From the human T2T-CHM13v2.0 reference genome, Homo sapiens: 64,000 bases of DNA. The notes below the pieces were generated by a model, which was not told where the DNA came from, made no database searches, and was given only the letters and a program-made list of their open reading frames with translations. Every line of letters begins with the position of its first letter. Within the stretch, counting starts at the first letter, position 1. This document shows positions 27,684 to 42,610 of this stretch, in pieces. A program made the translations under genes and the position numbers. The DNA lies in the NCBI RefSeq assembly GCF_009914755.1, contig NC_060925.1. The stretch is one strand, 5' to 3'.

Positions 27684-27793
27684 TGGAGTAGATGATGGTT
27701 AGCCATAGGGTACAATCAACGGTCGATGGTTTTGATTTTAATTCCAAACTCACCGACAGCGTTGAATGTTCACTGAAGCAACCTCAAAACTCA
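27684..27793 (-). ncRNA. MIR181A1: microRNA precursor mir-181a-1 (formerly mir-213); miR-181a-5p at 27748-27770, miR-181a-3p at 27709-27730
   Basis: The minus strand reads AACAUUCAACGCUGUCGGUGAGU (5p), loop UUGGAAUUAAAAUCAAA, then ACCAUCGACCGUUGAUUGUACC (3p). The 3p arm identifies the a-1 paralogue rather than a-2. Confidence 0.99.
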
Positions 27794-30700
27794 GAATTCT
27801 ACTCACTTTACAGTATCTGTAAGTATCTGAAGGGGATGGGAGACAGAAACAACAGTACCTTTAGTCATATATTTTATGCATTTTTATGCCATTTCAAAAG
27901 ACTACAAAAGAAGACAAATAAGAAGCATGATTCTTCCAACAAAGAGTTTGGCAAACCTCCACATCACATTGTATGAGAGAAAAGGATCGGTTTCATTAAG
28001 CAAAAACATGGCCGATATTGGGCTAGTTCCAGAGATGGAATTATCTCACTGTTAAAGACAGGGACAATTTGTTATTCAAAGTACTTTGTGGTATAAAATC
28101 CAAACAATATCTTATAATTTAAATATTGTTACGCTTATAGTAAGCAAGCATTATGTATATAGCTTATACAGAAATTAAACAGAATTACCTTAGATTTCCT
28201 CAAATTGGCATTGATGATATCATTTATATTTACATTATATATTTACTATATTTTATTCTAAAATAAGGTTTTAAAATTAGTATAACTTCCTAAGAACAAT
28301 CTTATTTAGAAAATGCTGAACAAATTATAAGTGAAGAAACCAGCTCAATACATTTTTCTTAGTTTATGGCACAAAGAGTTCATGAATACAGTGAAAGGTA
28401 AATACAATCTATGTATGCTACAAAACCGTTCATTTCCTATTATTTTAAATAACATCTAACATCTAACATCTCTTTATGGGTAGATGGGTGAGGGATTCTT
28501 TTCATAGTCTTATTTTCTAAGACTGTTTTATCATTAATGCTTATTTTAAAATTATTATGAACTCTACTGAATTTATTTTTAGAGCCATTTTCAATAATTT
28601 TCTACCATCAATTAAAACAAAAGTCACCTTGGATGTATCTAAACCAGAATAGAAAGTCATTATTTCACACATTTAAGTTGCATCTAATATGGTTATAGAG
28701 TAATTATCTGTAGGAGGGACAACCCACAATAATTTGGAATGCTACTTTGAAGGTGATAATGGTCTATTCAAGTCAAGGCAATTACTCTCGAAATGTTAGT
28801 GAAATATGTATCCCAAATTTTTACACATTCTTACATTTCAGTCACTTAGAATTATTTTAAAGCCAATAATTGTTTAACCTTTTAGACAAACTATTTACAT
28901 GAAAACTTCAACAGATTTTTTTTGAGAGAAACAGGGACTAGAGATCAACTGGAAGTAAATTTTAAAGTGACAAATAGGCACAGAATATGAAACAGTGATG
29001 TATCTGAATTTTGCATTGTTTAATTCTTTTGAAAGAAGCAAATTTCTCCCACAGAATAAAACCCTAGAAGAATGCTTTATCAGTAGGCATTTCTGTGTTG
29101 CTGCTGGAAAGAATATTATCATGAGACTGAGGATTCATTTGTTTGCATTATCAATTACGACTGAAAGCATATCACTCCTGTTCTGTTGCCTGCCTATTGT
29201 GGTATTAGTGTCAGGTCAATATACAACTGTTTTCAATCATGCCTATTCATCTCTTGCTACATCTGCTAACGTTTGTATAATAGGGATGTTGTGATAAAAG
29301 ACTCCATGCTCTGTATTTTCCCTTAACACAAAATGCATTTGGCCTACCAGTAAGCAAAGCTCTAGGTCAGTTACAAATAATTAAAAGGCATAACTATGTT
29401 ATCTTTTGTTTTCCAAAATATTCTCCTAGAAGTCTTTGGAAGAATACAATTAACTTAATCCTAAAGTTGTTACATTCTTAGAATAAAAATCTTAACTATA
29501 ATTGATTTAACATTAAAATTCTTAAAAATCTTATAATGATTCACTTGAAACAATAGAAGTTACATTAAATGTCTTGTTATTTACACATAAAATAGCAATG
29601 ATAAATAAAGTGATTAATTATTTTTTCTTTCCTTGGGCTAATCATAGTCATAGTTTGTTAAAGATAAAACCTCATATCTTAACAGTTTAAATCCTCCACA
29701 ATGGAAAATAGGATCTCTGTGTTCTTGCTTCCAATTAATCTAATGTCAGAGAAGATAGTAAACTTTAGGCTCTATATTCTAAATTATTTCGAGCAATACA
29801 GAAAAATCGTTCTACTTGTTGGTGCAATTTAGTTTTCTGCTCACTTATATGGTCTTGCAATTACTGTCATGTACCTTCCAATCCTATATCTTTTCCATCT
29901 TTATTTTCACAACTTAATCCTTAGTTATAAATCATTTATCTTTAAAATATTAAGATGCAATGGTACTGAGATTTCACATTTTCTGGCAATTTTTTAGAAC
30001 ACATTGTTCATAATTCCAGAATTCCAAGTTGGTGGTAGCAATATGCATTCTTGCATAGTTTTCCTTGAATGAAAAAAAGTCACAAGCAATAGGTCATTAA
30101 TGCATAAATACTCTCTTATCCCCCTCTTCCTAATTTTGGAGGGCTGTGTGGGTAGGATAAAACCAATCTAATTTGCATCAAAGCCAAATTTATTGTAGCT
30201 TTCATTTCTCATCCCTAGGCTTGTGGGAACATTAAGTATTTCAGTTTTGCTTAAGGTTAGTAGGTCATAAATAAACCAAAGCAATTTTTTTGCTTTGTGC
30301 AAGAGGGTCACGAAATACATGAAATACCACTTTTAAACAAAGCAAACCCTAACATGAATTGACAGAGGAACATAAAAAAGTAGTGCAATGTGCCTCAGTA
30401 AAAAGCCATAGGGATTTGGGATGCTGAAGTTGTCTGTTTTAGGAATAGATTATATATCTTGTTTGATGATCTGTATTTAATTTAAGTGACTGCCTCTGCC
30501 AGTCCTTCCAGAGGGCAAGTGTGTGAAATAGAGCATCTCAATGTCAGTCTCCAGTCCTTTCCTCTGCCTGATGCCTTGACCTAAATTGGGCATGTGGGCA
30601 TTGATCTGGACAAATGAAAGAGACTGAGTCTTTGCTGCCATGCACGTTTTATCCTTAGTTCTACCTAGTTTTAAAATCTGATGAGCAGCATGTATGCATA

Positions 30701-31615
30701 AATAGATTTATAGTTTAGTCAGTTTTATTTTATGTCATGAAAGTGAATCTATTCAAAACAAAAGAAGTGAAAAATATTGCATTAAAAAAAATGCCATTGC
30801 TGTTTCCTCCTCCTCCGAAGGAGATAACACTATCTCTGAAACCCATCATAAATAAAATTTCTGCTTAACCAGTATTTTGGGGTCCCAAAGTCCCTTTCTC
30901 ATGTCTGTCTCCATTTTCTTAGAAGATTTCTTCCTCTGCTCAGGATATAAAATCTCAATAAATGCTTCAGCACTGGCACTATTACCTTCCCAGTTATGCA
31001 GTTAAAGTGCTTATCACAGAAATGTTCTTCTGGGTAATTATAATTGTAATTATGGGGCCTTCTGGCTGCTTCAATAGAAAAAGCAAAAGCACAAAAGAGG
31101 TCAGAAACTGACTAAATGTGATGGAGAGGCAAGTTGGGCACTTGGACATGTTTCTCCACTGAGAAAGAAGGAAAATCAGGGCGAGTCATGCCAAAGCTTG
31201 GCTCCAATGAGGTATCTTTTACTAGCGAAACACTAGCACCCCGCAGAAGACTATAATTATATTTCCAATAGTTTTGTAATTAATGATAGCCCTTACTCCT
31301 GATAACAGCAAAGGGCCTGAAAAGTTTCTGGTTTTCCATCCCAGAAAACTGTGTGAATAATTCTACATTACTCTCTTTGTAAAATTTCTTATGAATTTCC
31401 TTTTGAGAAGGGAAGAATTTCAACTATAACCTTTGCACTATTTGATAAAGTTATTAGTAATTGAAAAACATTAATAGGTTTATTCTTAACATACATATTA
31501 ACTGTATTTACATATAAGAAACCCACATTGTGCCTCTGTTACAAAACAGACTTCGAGTGATTTAAAAATCTTTTCCATAGTAAGATCCAACCAATTGACA
31601 CATACTGAACACTGA

Positions 31616-31921
<306 letters not shown>

Positions 31922-34900
31922 AACATTAAAAATTTTTAAAGCAGCTTTAAGCTCTGGAAAGATTTAGAGATTTACAGTCTACTCAACTTTTTGGTTTGTT
32001 TTTATAAGTGTTTACAGATATAAATGTTTGTGTGTTGTTTGTTCAAAAACTGCATACAAACTCAGACATTCAGAGTTTAATGTAATAAGAAAGTTAAAAA
32101 GAATCATTGTAACTCAACATTAATATTTTAATAATCTCCCATTGATTATTGATATTATTGATCATTATTGATATATTTTGCTTATTTTACTTTCCTCAAA
32201 TTGATCACTTCTTACCACATGCTGGTTTAAACTGTTTTTGTTCAGTAGAGTGTATACATGCACACTATGTCTGTATGCATAAAGTTTTTCTATGCATATG
32301 AATTGCAGCAATGTAAAGGTGTAGTTTATTGGGCAGCATAATATAATAACTAAAGAAACAGCAATAGAACTGAGTCAATGAACCCATGACCTCCCAGTCA
32401 CTAGCTTCATTGTATAACCTCTATGAGATTTGGTTTTCTGAATAAAATCTAGATAATAAGACCATTCTCATATACAGTGGTTCAATATATTTCTGAATAA
32501 TCCTTTATAACAGATATTTTATAGGGGATACCATTATTTAAGGGGACCAGATTAAATCAGCGTCTCCTAAGATTCTAACGCTTCTTCCCTCAAAAACAAC
32601 TGTTTTCCCACTTCTAAAATAATAAAAAAAAATCTATTAGCTTCAAAACATATATATATATTTCTTTTTTTAATTTATGGCACAATAATATTCCCAGTAA
32701 GGTACAGCACTCTGCTGTGTGGCTTTCTTACCTGGTAGGTGGTAATGATTGACAGACAGGGAGAGCTCTTCCAAGACAGGTAGCTCTAAAGAGGATTGAT
32801 GTCTACTTGAAAGTTATAATTAATCTTAAACTCGCCTAAAGTTAGGAACCCTTGATTAATCTAATGCATCCCTGTCTTAATCTTCAACATTAATGCAAAG
32901 TATGAAGACTATAGTGTATTCAGGATAATTATTACTGATAACTTTTCAAAATAGTTTCTTGTTCTTGAGCTTATTCTATATATTATTTTAAATCAAATCA
33001 GTATGCCATTGGCTGTCTACGTAGAATTAGACTAGTTTTTAAATTTTGTTGTAGTTTCGAAAATTGTTCAATCTTCATATTTTTTAATATTTTGAGATTT
33101 GTCTACTGGAAAGCTATTTCAATGTTTATTTGCTCTGAAATTTAGACTTCTTCCTGAAGCAAAAAATAAAAATAAAAATAAAGTGAGAGAGAGAGAGGAG
33201 AGAAAATGAAAGAAAACAGAGAAAGAGAAGAAAAAAAGAAAATATATATAACTACAATTTTTTCAAAATCCATGAGCTTATAGTGCAGATAAATTATACT
33301 GAGCTATCAAAAGTAATCTTTTATAAACAATGAGTTACTTAAATAATCAATTTACAAAAAAATTGATAGAAAAAATCTCATTTTTATAGAAAAAAGCACA
33401 ATGATGATGTGAAGTTTGAAGTTAAATGAATGTAATGAAAAATTCAAATCATAGTTGAAGCCATGTTATTTTTTTCATAAAGAGAATCCATCGTGTAATA
33501 GTATAACCCCATGACTTCCACAAACTGTGCCAATGCCACAGTGAGCAGTGTTTATTTTTAGCAATGAAATATAGTGCCCTCGATCCAAGAATTTGTACTA
33601 ATAGTTGATTAATTCTTCAGTTTAGAAAGTACAGATACGTTAACTGATATTCAAAATAACTTAAAATTAATCCCAAATAAACACTACCATATCAGTAACA
33701 CAACTTATGTTATTACGTTGTTATTATTAATACTAAATTAATATTTGAAAAATAAGAGTGATATGTGTGTTAGAGAAAGTAAGCATTTTTGGGGGAAAAT
33801 TTTTTTTTCTGGGACAATTGACATGATGGACATTTGTTATGAAAAGTAGACCCCCTTGCTTAGACAAATTATTAAAATTTGCTAGTGAGTGGAACGTGAA
33901 ATGTACAATCAACAAAAAGACATGCTAGGCTTTTTAATTTTTTACGTGAATCATTAAAATGTTATTTTATTGTATCATGTTACTTTGGAGAATGAGTGAT
34001 TATAATTGTATTTTTAGAATATTGATAATATCTTTCAAGTTTTCTTTGCTCCATTCAAAATACAGTCTACAAATTGGAATCTCCCAAGCTCTTTGACTGC
34101 ATTCCCCACTATGTTATTAGAATACCTTACTATTTTGGGAGGATATTGTGGACGTATTTCTGGCTTCATAAATTATACAAGCATCTGTTCTTTCAATCAA
34201 CAGGATACCATTTGTTTTTTACATCAATCTGTGTGAAACAATGTATATAATACTATTTTATTTCCCGTGAGCTTTTAGCAAGCACTGACTTTGCAGTCAA
34301 AAACTGTTTGAGTAATTAAAATGGTGGAAGAGAGATGAAAAATAGTAACAAAAATGTATTACAAAGTAAGATCTGTGTGAACTTTTAAAAATAATGTATG
34401 ATATAAAAGTAGTTACACTATCTTTCTGGGTTTCTATACTACATAGACATTTTTAAATCAATTGACAGAACTTGAGAAGTTGTAAATACAAAGCTGAATA
34501 TCTATTAAAAGGTTATTGCTCATGGCTCTAATATTACATAAAATGCTATGTTAGGATAATATGAAAATTTATAAAATTTTTGATACTGAGTTCTGATACA
34601 CATTACATGGATTGTTTACTTCACCACAATTGTCTTTATAAAAATTTATCTTTTAAGAATGAAGAATCTAAATAGACTTGAATATGCAAGAAGTTCTCTA
34701 AACCTTCCCTAATGTAACCAGCAGGTTACTGTTTTCTCTCCATGGTGACCTGTGGACTGAGAAAGGATTCCAGCCAAAAGTCAAGACTCCATTATAGTTA
34801 AATATTTTATTTCTTGATAAATAATATAAAAATGAAATACTTTAGCTCAAACATACACCGTTATGACATGTTTGGATTATCTAAAGAATACATGCATTGA

Positions 34901-36689
34901 TTTTGGACTCTGATAAGAAATCTATTATAGTCCTGAGATTCTGCAACTTTTTAGTTTCTATTTTTTATTTTCCTTAATCAAAGAGTGATTCTAGAGGGCT
35001 TAGTTAATATTTTCTCTATGCTACATTTAAAAGAACAAATAGGCAAAAATCCAGTATTTTTTTTAACAATTCACAGTACTTTTTTCTTTATAAAAAATAT
35101 TTATAGATGAGCATATTCCTTGAACAATAGGATCATGTGACTACTTGATTCATTGAAATCACAACTGAGGAAAGAAAAAACAAAAGACTTAATCTGGTGA
35201 TTACTTTGTGTTTCTACCAACATAAGGATGTTCTTTATTACATGTGTAGCAATAATACAGATGTTATAACAACTTTAAACTACTCAGAGTCTTTACAATA
35301 TTTTCTTCTCCAAAAAAGATACTTGAAAATAAGATAGACAGATAAGTGAGAAAGTTACTTCACAGTAAGAAAGTTTTCCTCCATTCGTATTTTCAAATCT
35401 TCACTGTTGGTCTGCTTTCTTTTTATACTTACATATGTACAGAAAAATGAATGGCTTAAATTTTCAAAAAGTACCATATTATTGATGATAGCCTATCAGA
35501 GATAAAGGTAAATCACATTTGATGTCATTAGGTAACTGTGGAAAACTATGATTTCATTTAAACAATCTTTATGAATTTATTACCTACAATCCTGAAAGGA
35601 CCCCTTCCCACTACCACTAATCCATCTAAAACACCTAGTTTCTAGCAAATACATGATGTAATTGTGTTATACTTTTAAAGTTATTCCTGTGGGGCTTAAC
35701 TTACAAGCAACCTCTTTTCTGCATTAAATATAAATGGTTACCGGAGATCAATGCAGAGAAAAACTGATACAATTACCCAACTGAAGAATTACTTTCAAAA
35801 ATATTAATATTTGCAATTAATAATACAGTGGCTTTATAGTTTACATTTTTTAATCAGCGAGGGTATTAATTAGATGATCTTGGATCAAGTTAACTTAGGT
35901 GCTTTTTAAATACCTCGCCTGAAACTCTAATTAAATATACTACTCTTCCCAGTTTCCTGTCTTAAAACTAAGTTTTTAGTGTCGCCTGGAAGCTGTTAAA
36001 CAGCTGCAACATTCGAACCATGAAACTGATGTCTTTTAGGGATGAGTGGATTACGCAAATGCAAATACAGTTAAGTTTCTTCTGGGAAAAGGTCTATAAA
36101 TGCATAGATTTAAAAAAAATAAGCTTAGTTATCAAAAACTTTCAGACATAAGAATATAAATATGCCCATAAGTACCTTAAGTGCTTTATGAAAAAAGTGA
36201 CGATTACTATACAAATAAACAAATACATTGTACGGCCATAGGAGGAAGACAGAAGTATTTATTCCCTAGAAGTATTGAGCTACATACTCAAATTGGCACA
36301 GAGACTCAGAACATTGAACAATTTGAGACAAGCTATCAGATAGTGACACAATTCTAGCTTATTTTCCATGTCCTTTATATTATTCTATGTATATAATGTA
36401 TTAGCTTCTATTAACAGTTTTTTATTTTCTATTTATTAACCAAGAATTTGTTTCAAAATTGTACAAGAAAACAATATAAATTAAGTTCCATATTTGTACC
36501 TCGAGACTTACAGGCTATCTGATATTTCCAGTTGACCTTTAATATAAGGAGAAAATAGGATAGTGTAGTAGGTTAAGGGCAAGTACACCAAGATGATATA
36601 GAATTCTAGTTTCAATGCTACATATTTTTCACTGTGAAAAGTTTTCTAAAAATGAAATATAGACACACCAGTAATTTAATCAAAGTTTC

Positions 36690-36820
36690 TCTTTCTTGGC
36701 CTATCTCTCTCACTAGCCAGTGAAATCCTTTGGGTCAGAGGCTGTTTTTTAGTCATCTATAGACTGTGAGCACCTAATATATTTCCTGGAGACAGGAGGA
36801 ACTCACTAAGTGCTTGTTGC
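36690..36820 (+). mobile_element. L2 3'-end fragment
   Basis: cactagccagtgaaatcctttgggtcagaggctg...gcacctaatatatttcctgg...actcactaagtgcttgttg. Confidence 0.55.
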
Positions 36821-37322
36821 CTCTTCCTTGATTCCCTAGCGCACATCAATATCTAGATATTCAACTCAACACAGTTTATTTCCCCAGTATCCTCCATTTA
36901 CCTGACTTCATAAAAAGCAGTGTAGAAGTAGATAATTTTCATATTGGTGCCCCATGTGTCTGAATGTAATCTATTGCATTTAAAGTTATTTTTGAGAGAC
37001 TGTATGCTTATTCTAATAATATTTTCATTTTTGAAAACATTTCTATATTATCCCTGTTGATCAATGCACATGGGTACCATGTAAAGTATAATAATTTGGG
37101 GCCCATGCAAAACAGTATTCATGAACTGTTTCTAGTTTTATTTAGTAAAAGGTAAGTGGAAGGAAGCAGAGAAGACAGTACCATGCCTTGGTTAGACAAA
37201 AGTCCTCCTTGGAAATGAGTTTATCTATTTCTGTTCTTACCCTAACATATCTTTAGCAATAGGTTTCACCCCTACCCAGATATCCAAACTACATACTATT
37301 TTCTCATTTAGGTAAGTTCTGG

Positions 37323-37452
37323 CAAAAAACAAAAACAAAAAACAAAAAACATATATATATTTGTTCTGTATTGAACATAATATGTGTTATATATTATACA
37401 TAATATGTGTTATATATTATATATAATATGTGTTATATATATATATATATGT
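37323..37452. repeat. (CAAAAA)n followed by about 3 copies of 23-bp ATAATATGTGTTATATATTATAC/T and (TA)n
   Basis: Directly visible tandem copies. Confidence 0.85.
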
Positions 37453-39981
37453 TTTCCCATTTTATTACTTTTCTAGTATTGTCTTAGGTGCTCAGGACAA
37501 ATATCCAGCTAATCTGCTTGTGTTCAGCCACATGACCTTCAGAGGTCTTTCATTGACCCCAGATTAAAATCCACCTAAGTCTTAAAATTCCAATTCTTGT
37601 GGACCAAGCTGATCAACCAAACTGATCAACTACTATATGTACCATATTTTGCAACATTAAGAGTTTCTAAAGCTATTTTTGAAACTTGAATCATTCTCAA
37701 AGGATGGAAAGTTGTCTTGTTTGAGCATCTTTGAAGAGTGGGGTTAAAAAAATAAATGGTTCGACTTAATGGCAACTCCTAAAAACACTGTGATCAGTGG
37801 CAGATTCCCTGGCTTATGGTGCCATCTTTCAAGGCATTTAACTCTGAAGGGCAAACAGCATTTGGATGTATACACTATAGGGATGTGTTTTTCCAAAAAT
37901 TAGTCACATGAATGTAAATATTGATATTTATTTTAAAAACTCAGCAAATGGAAAGTTTGTTTCACAGCCAAAAATTTTAAAAAATAAAAGCATTTTTTAC
38001 TAACAGTTAAGATACTGCCAATTAGAGTGTTCATAAGGGAAAATGTTTTAGCATTCTTGGATTTTTTTTATTGAAGTAATTTTAGCTAGCAGATACTTTC
38101 CCCCAAAGATATCATTAGAAAGAACATTAAAAATAACAAAATAACTTAGGGTCTTTTTTCCAACACTTCTTTTGCTTTCATTAAATTCAGCACATATCGA
38201 TGTCTAAAAAGTTGATAATCATTCCATTGTCATGTCATCTCTTGTTTTGTCTTTCAGTACAGCTTTCTCTGTGAGACACTGATTTACATTGTAATCTGTG
38301 GTCATCATATTGTACCTAAAATTACACTTCTAAATGTTGTATTGGATTTCTTCTTACTGTTCAAAGGAAGAAATTCTGACCAGTAAACAACAAATTGAAT
38401 TATATAGTCACCTCAAAGAGTAAGCATCCTCAAAATAGCTTCAAACATATTGACTGACTTGAACAATCCAATTCGTTTCTCTCCATACCTAATAACTAAC
38501 TACAGGGAAGGCATATTTTAAATAATGAGATTTACAGATGAATCCTATCATTCTGGAGAAAAAAAAACTATAACAATATATTATGCTTCAATCTATTTTT
38601 AGCTTTTATTTTCACATAAAGCAGAAAAGTGATTTTGGCCATACCATTTCAAAAATCTTCTATTATTTTTTTTTCATTTCAGGGTAAAAAAATTGTTTAC
38701 TAAATGGACGTTTTTAACCTAAATATTCATTTATAAATAGCTTCTTTCACATTCTCAATTCTATATTCTGCCAGTTTTGTTAAGATCACCTGAATGATAC
38801 AAAAGTTACTAATTTATACTGACTTAAAATCAATCACACAAGCACACCATTCTATGGATCAGGACTGCAAGATTGGATCTGTAATGAACAAAATTAGCCT
38901 CGTGAAATATTTTTCAGTAAGCACTTTTAACTTATCCTAATTTTCTCATACTATAATGGAAACATTTGAGGGCATTCCAGAGAAATACTTTCATTTCTTT
39001 GGGATAAACAATTAAAATAAAAAAGCCAGAGAATCTATTGGGGAGAAAATATATCAATGAGTAAGCTTTCACTTCTATTATGGGAAATAGCTTGAAGCAT
39101 ATGGCAGAAGTAATGGCAAGTGGCTTGATTTTCCTCTGTCTTTAAATACAACTTTTTACTTTAAAGTTAACATTATACTGAAAGCACAATTTTTGTAAGC
39201 CTCTGTAATTACTAAAGATATCTTATTTGAAAGGACAGTAAAATTTTAAAATTAGATGCACATACATCATCACAAATTTGGAAAAATTTGGGGGGAAATA
39301 ATGGAATTAAAATATACAGTGCATACTGAGAAATTCAAAACAGATGTCTCCTAAAATTTAGTATATTTACATCGTTGTAAACAGCATATCTTTCCAAAAC
39401 ATGACATTTCATCTTTAGGAGAGTTTTTGTGTGTCTATAGGATGATGCGGTGAGAGAGGGAGAATACGTTCTATTCAAAGTTCTACATCTGATAAAACCA
39501 AAATTGAGTTTTTACAAATTATTTTAAGTATGACAGTGTTTCTAATTGAAGGAATTTACGAGTGAATAAAGTAATAATTTGCTTTAAGCTGACTTATTTT
39601 CAGGCTTTTAGATGTGTAGTATAGAATATTTGTTTAGCCCTCACTCTTTGATTTTTATATTTTTGAAGATTTTAGAGACTTTTAAACAAAAATGTGTACC
39701 AGAGGTGTTTCACAATATTTCTCTCCACCAATAAGGCTGAATTTGGAGGCTGCACCAATTGTCTTATTTTATGGCATTATAGTTTGCTTTGGAATTCTCA
39801 GAAGGGTATGTTCAGGTCCTTGCTGTAGAACTGTGGAAACATAAGGGAAGTCTTCGGGAATCTGAAGTTCAAATTTCCAAGCAGGAGTAACCCCGCCACC
39901 TTTTCAAATCTTTTTTTTTAGTTTTAGATGCAAACATGGAAACTAAAGGCTCTACTTTTATGGGAAATTTAGTAATTTTCT

Positions 39982-42356
<2,375 letters not shown>

Positions 42357-42422
42357 TAATACAAATAAATAAATACTTTTTTTGTTATCCTAACTTCCAT
42401 GAGACAGAGAGAGCGTGTGTGT

Positions 42423-42610
42423 GGGAGGAATGGAAGGAAGAAAGAAAGGAAAAGTAGGGAAGAGAAGAGAAGGGAGGGAAATGAAAGAGAGGAAAAGGAA
42501 GGGAAGAAAGGAAGTAAGAAAAGAAAGGAAAGAGGAAGGAAGGAAGGAAGGAAAAAAGGAGAGAAAGAGGGAGAGAGAAAGAGGGAGAGAGAAAGAGGAA
42601 GAGAAAGACA
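42423..42610 (+). repeat. GA-rich polypurine low-complexity tract
   Basis: About 190 bp of almost exclusively A/G. Confidence 0.9.

Noticed and set aside
27435-27976. ORFs overlapping the miRNA cluster (27435..27677 +, 27533..27715 -, 27692..27976 +) as possible miPEPs
   Set aside because: No recognisable domain; the minus-strand ORF starts inside mir-181a-1 and lies deep in an intron; sequence constraint here is explained by the hairpins.
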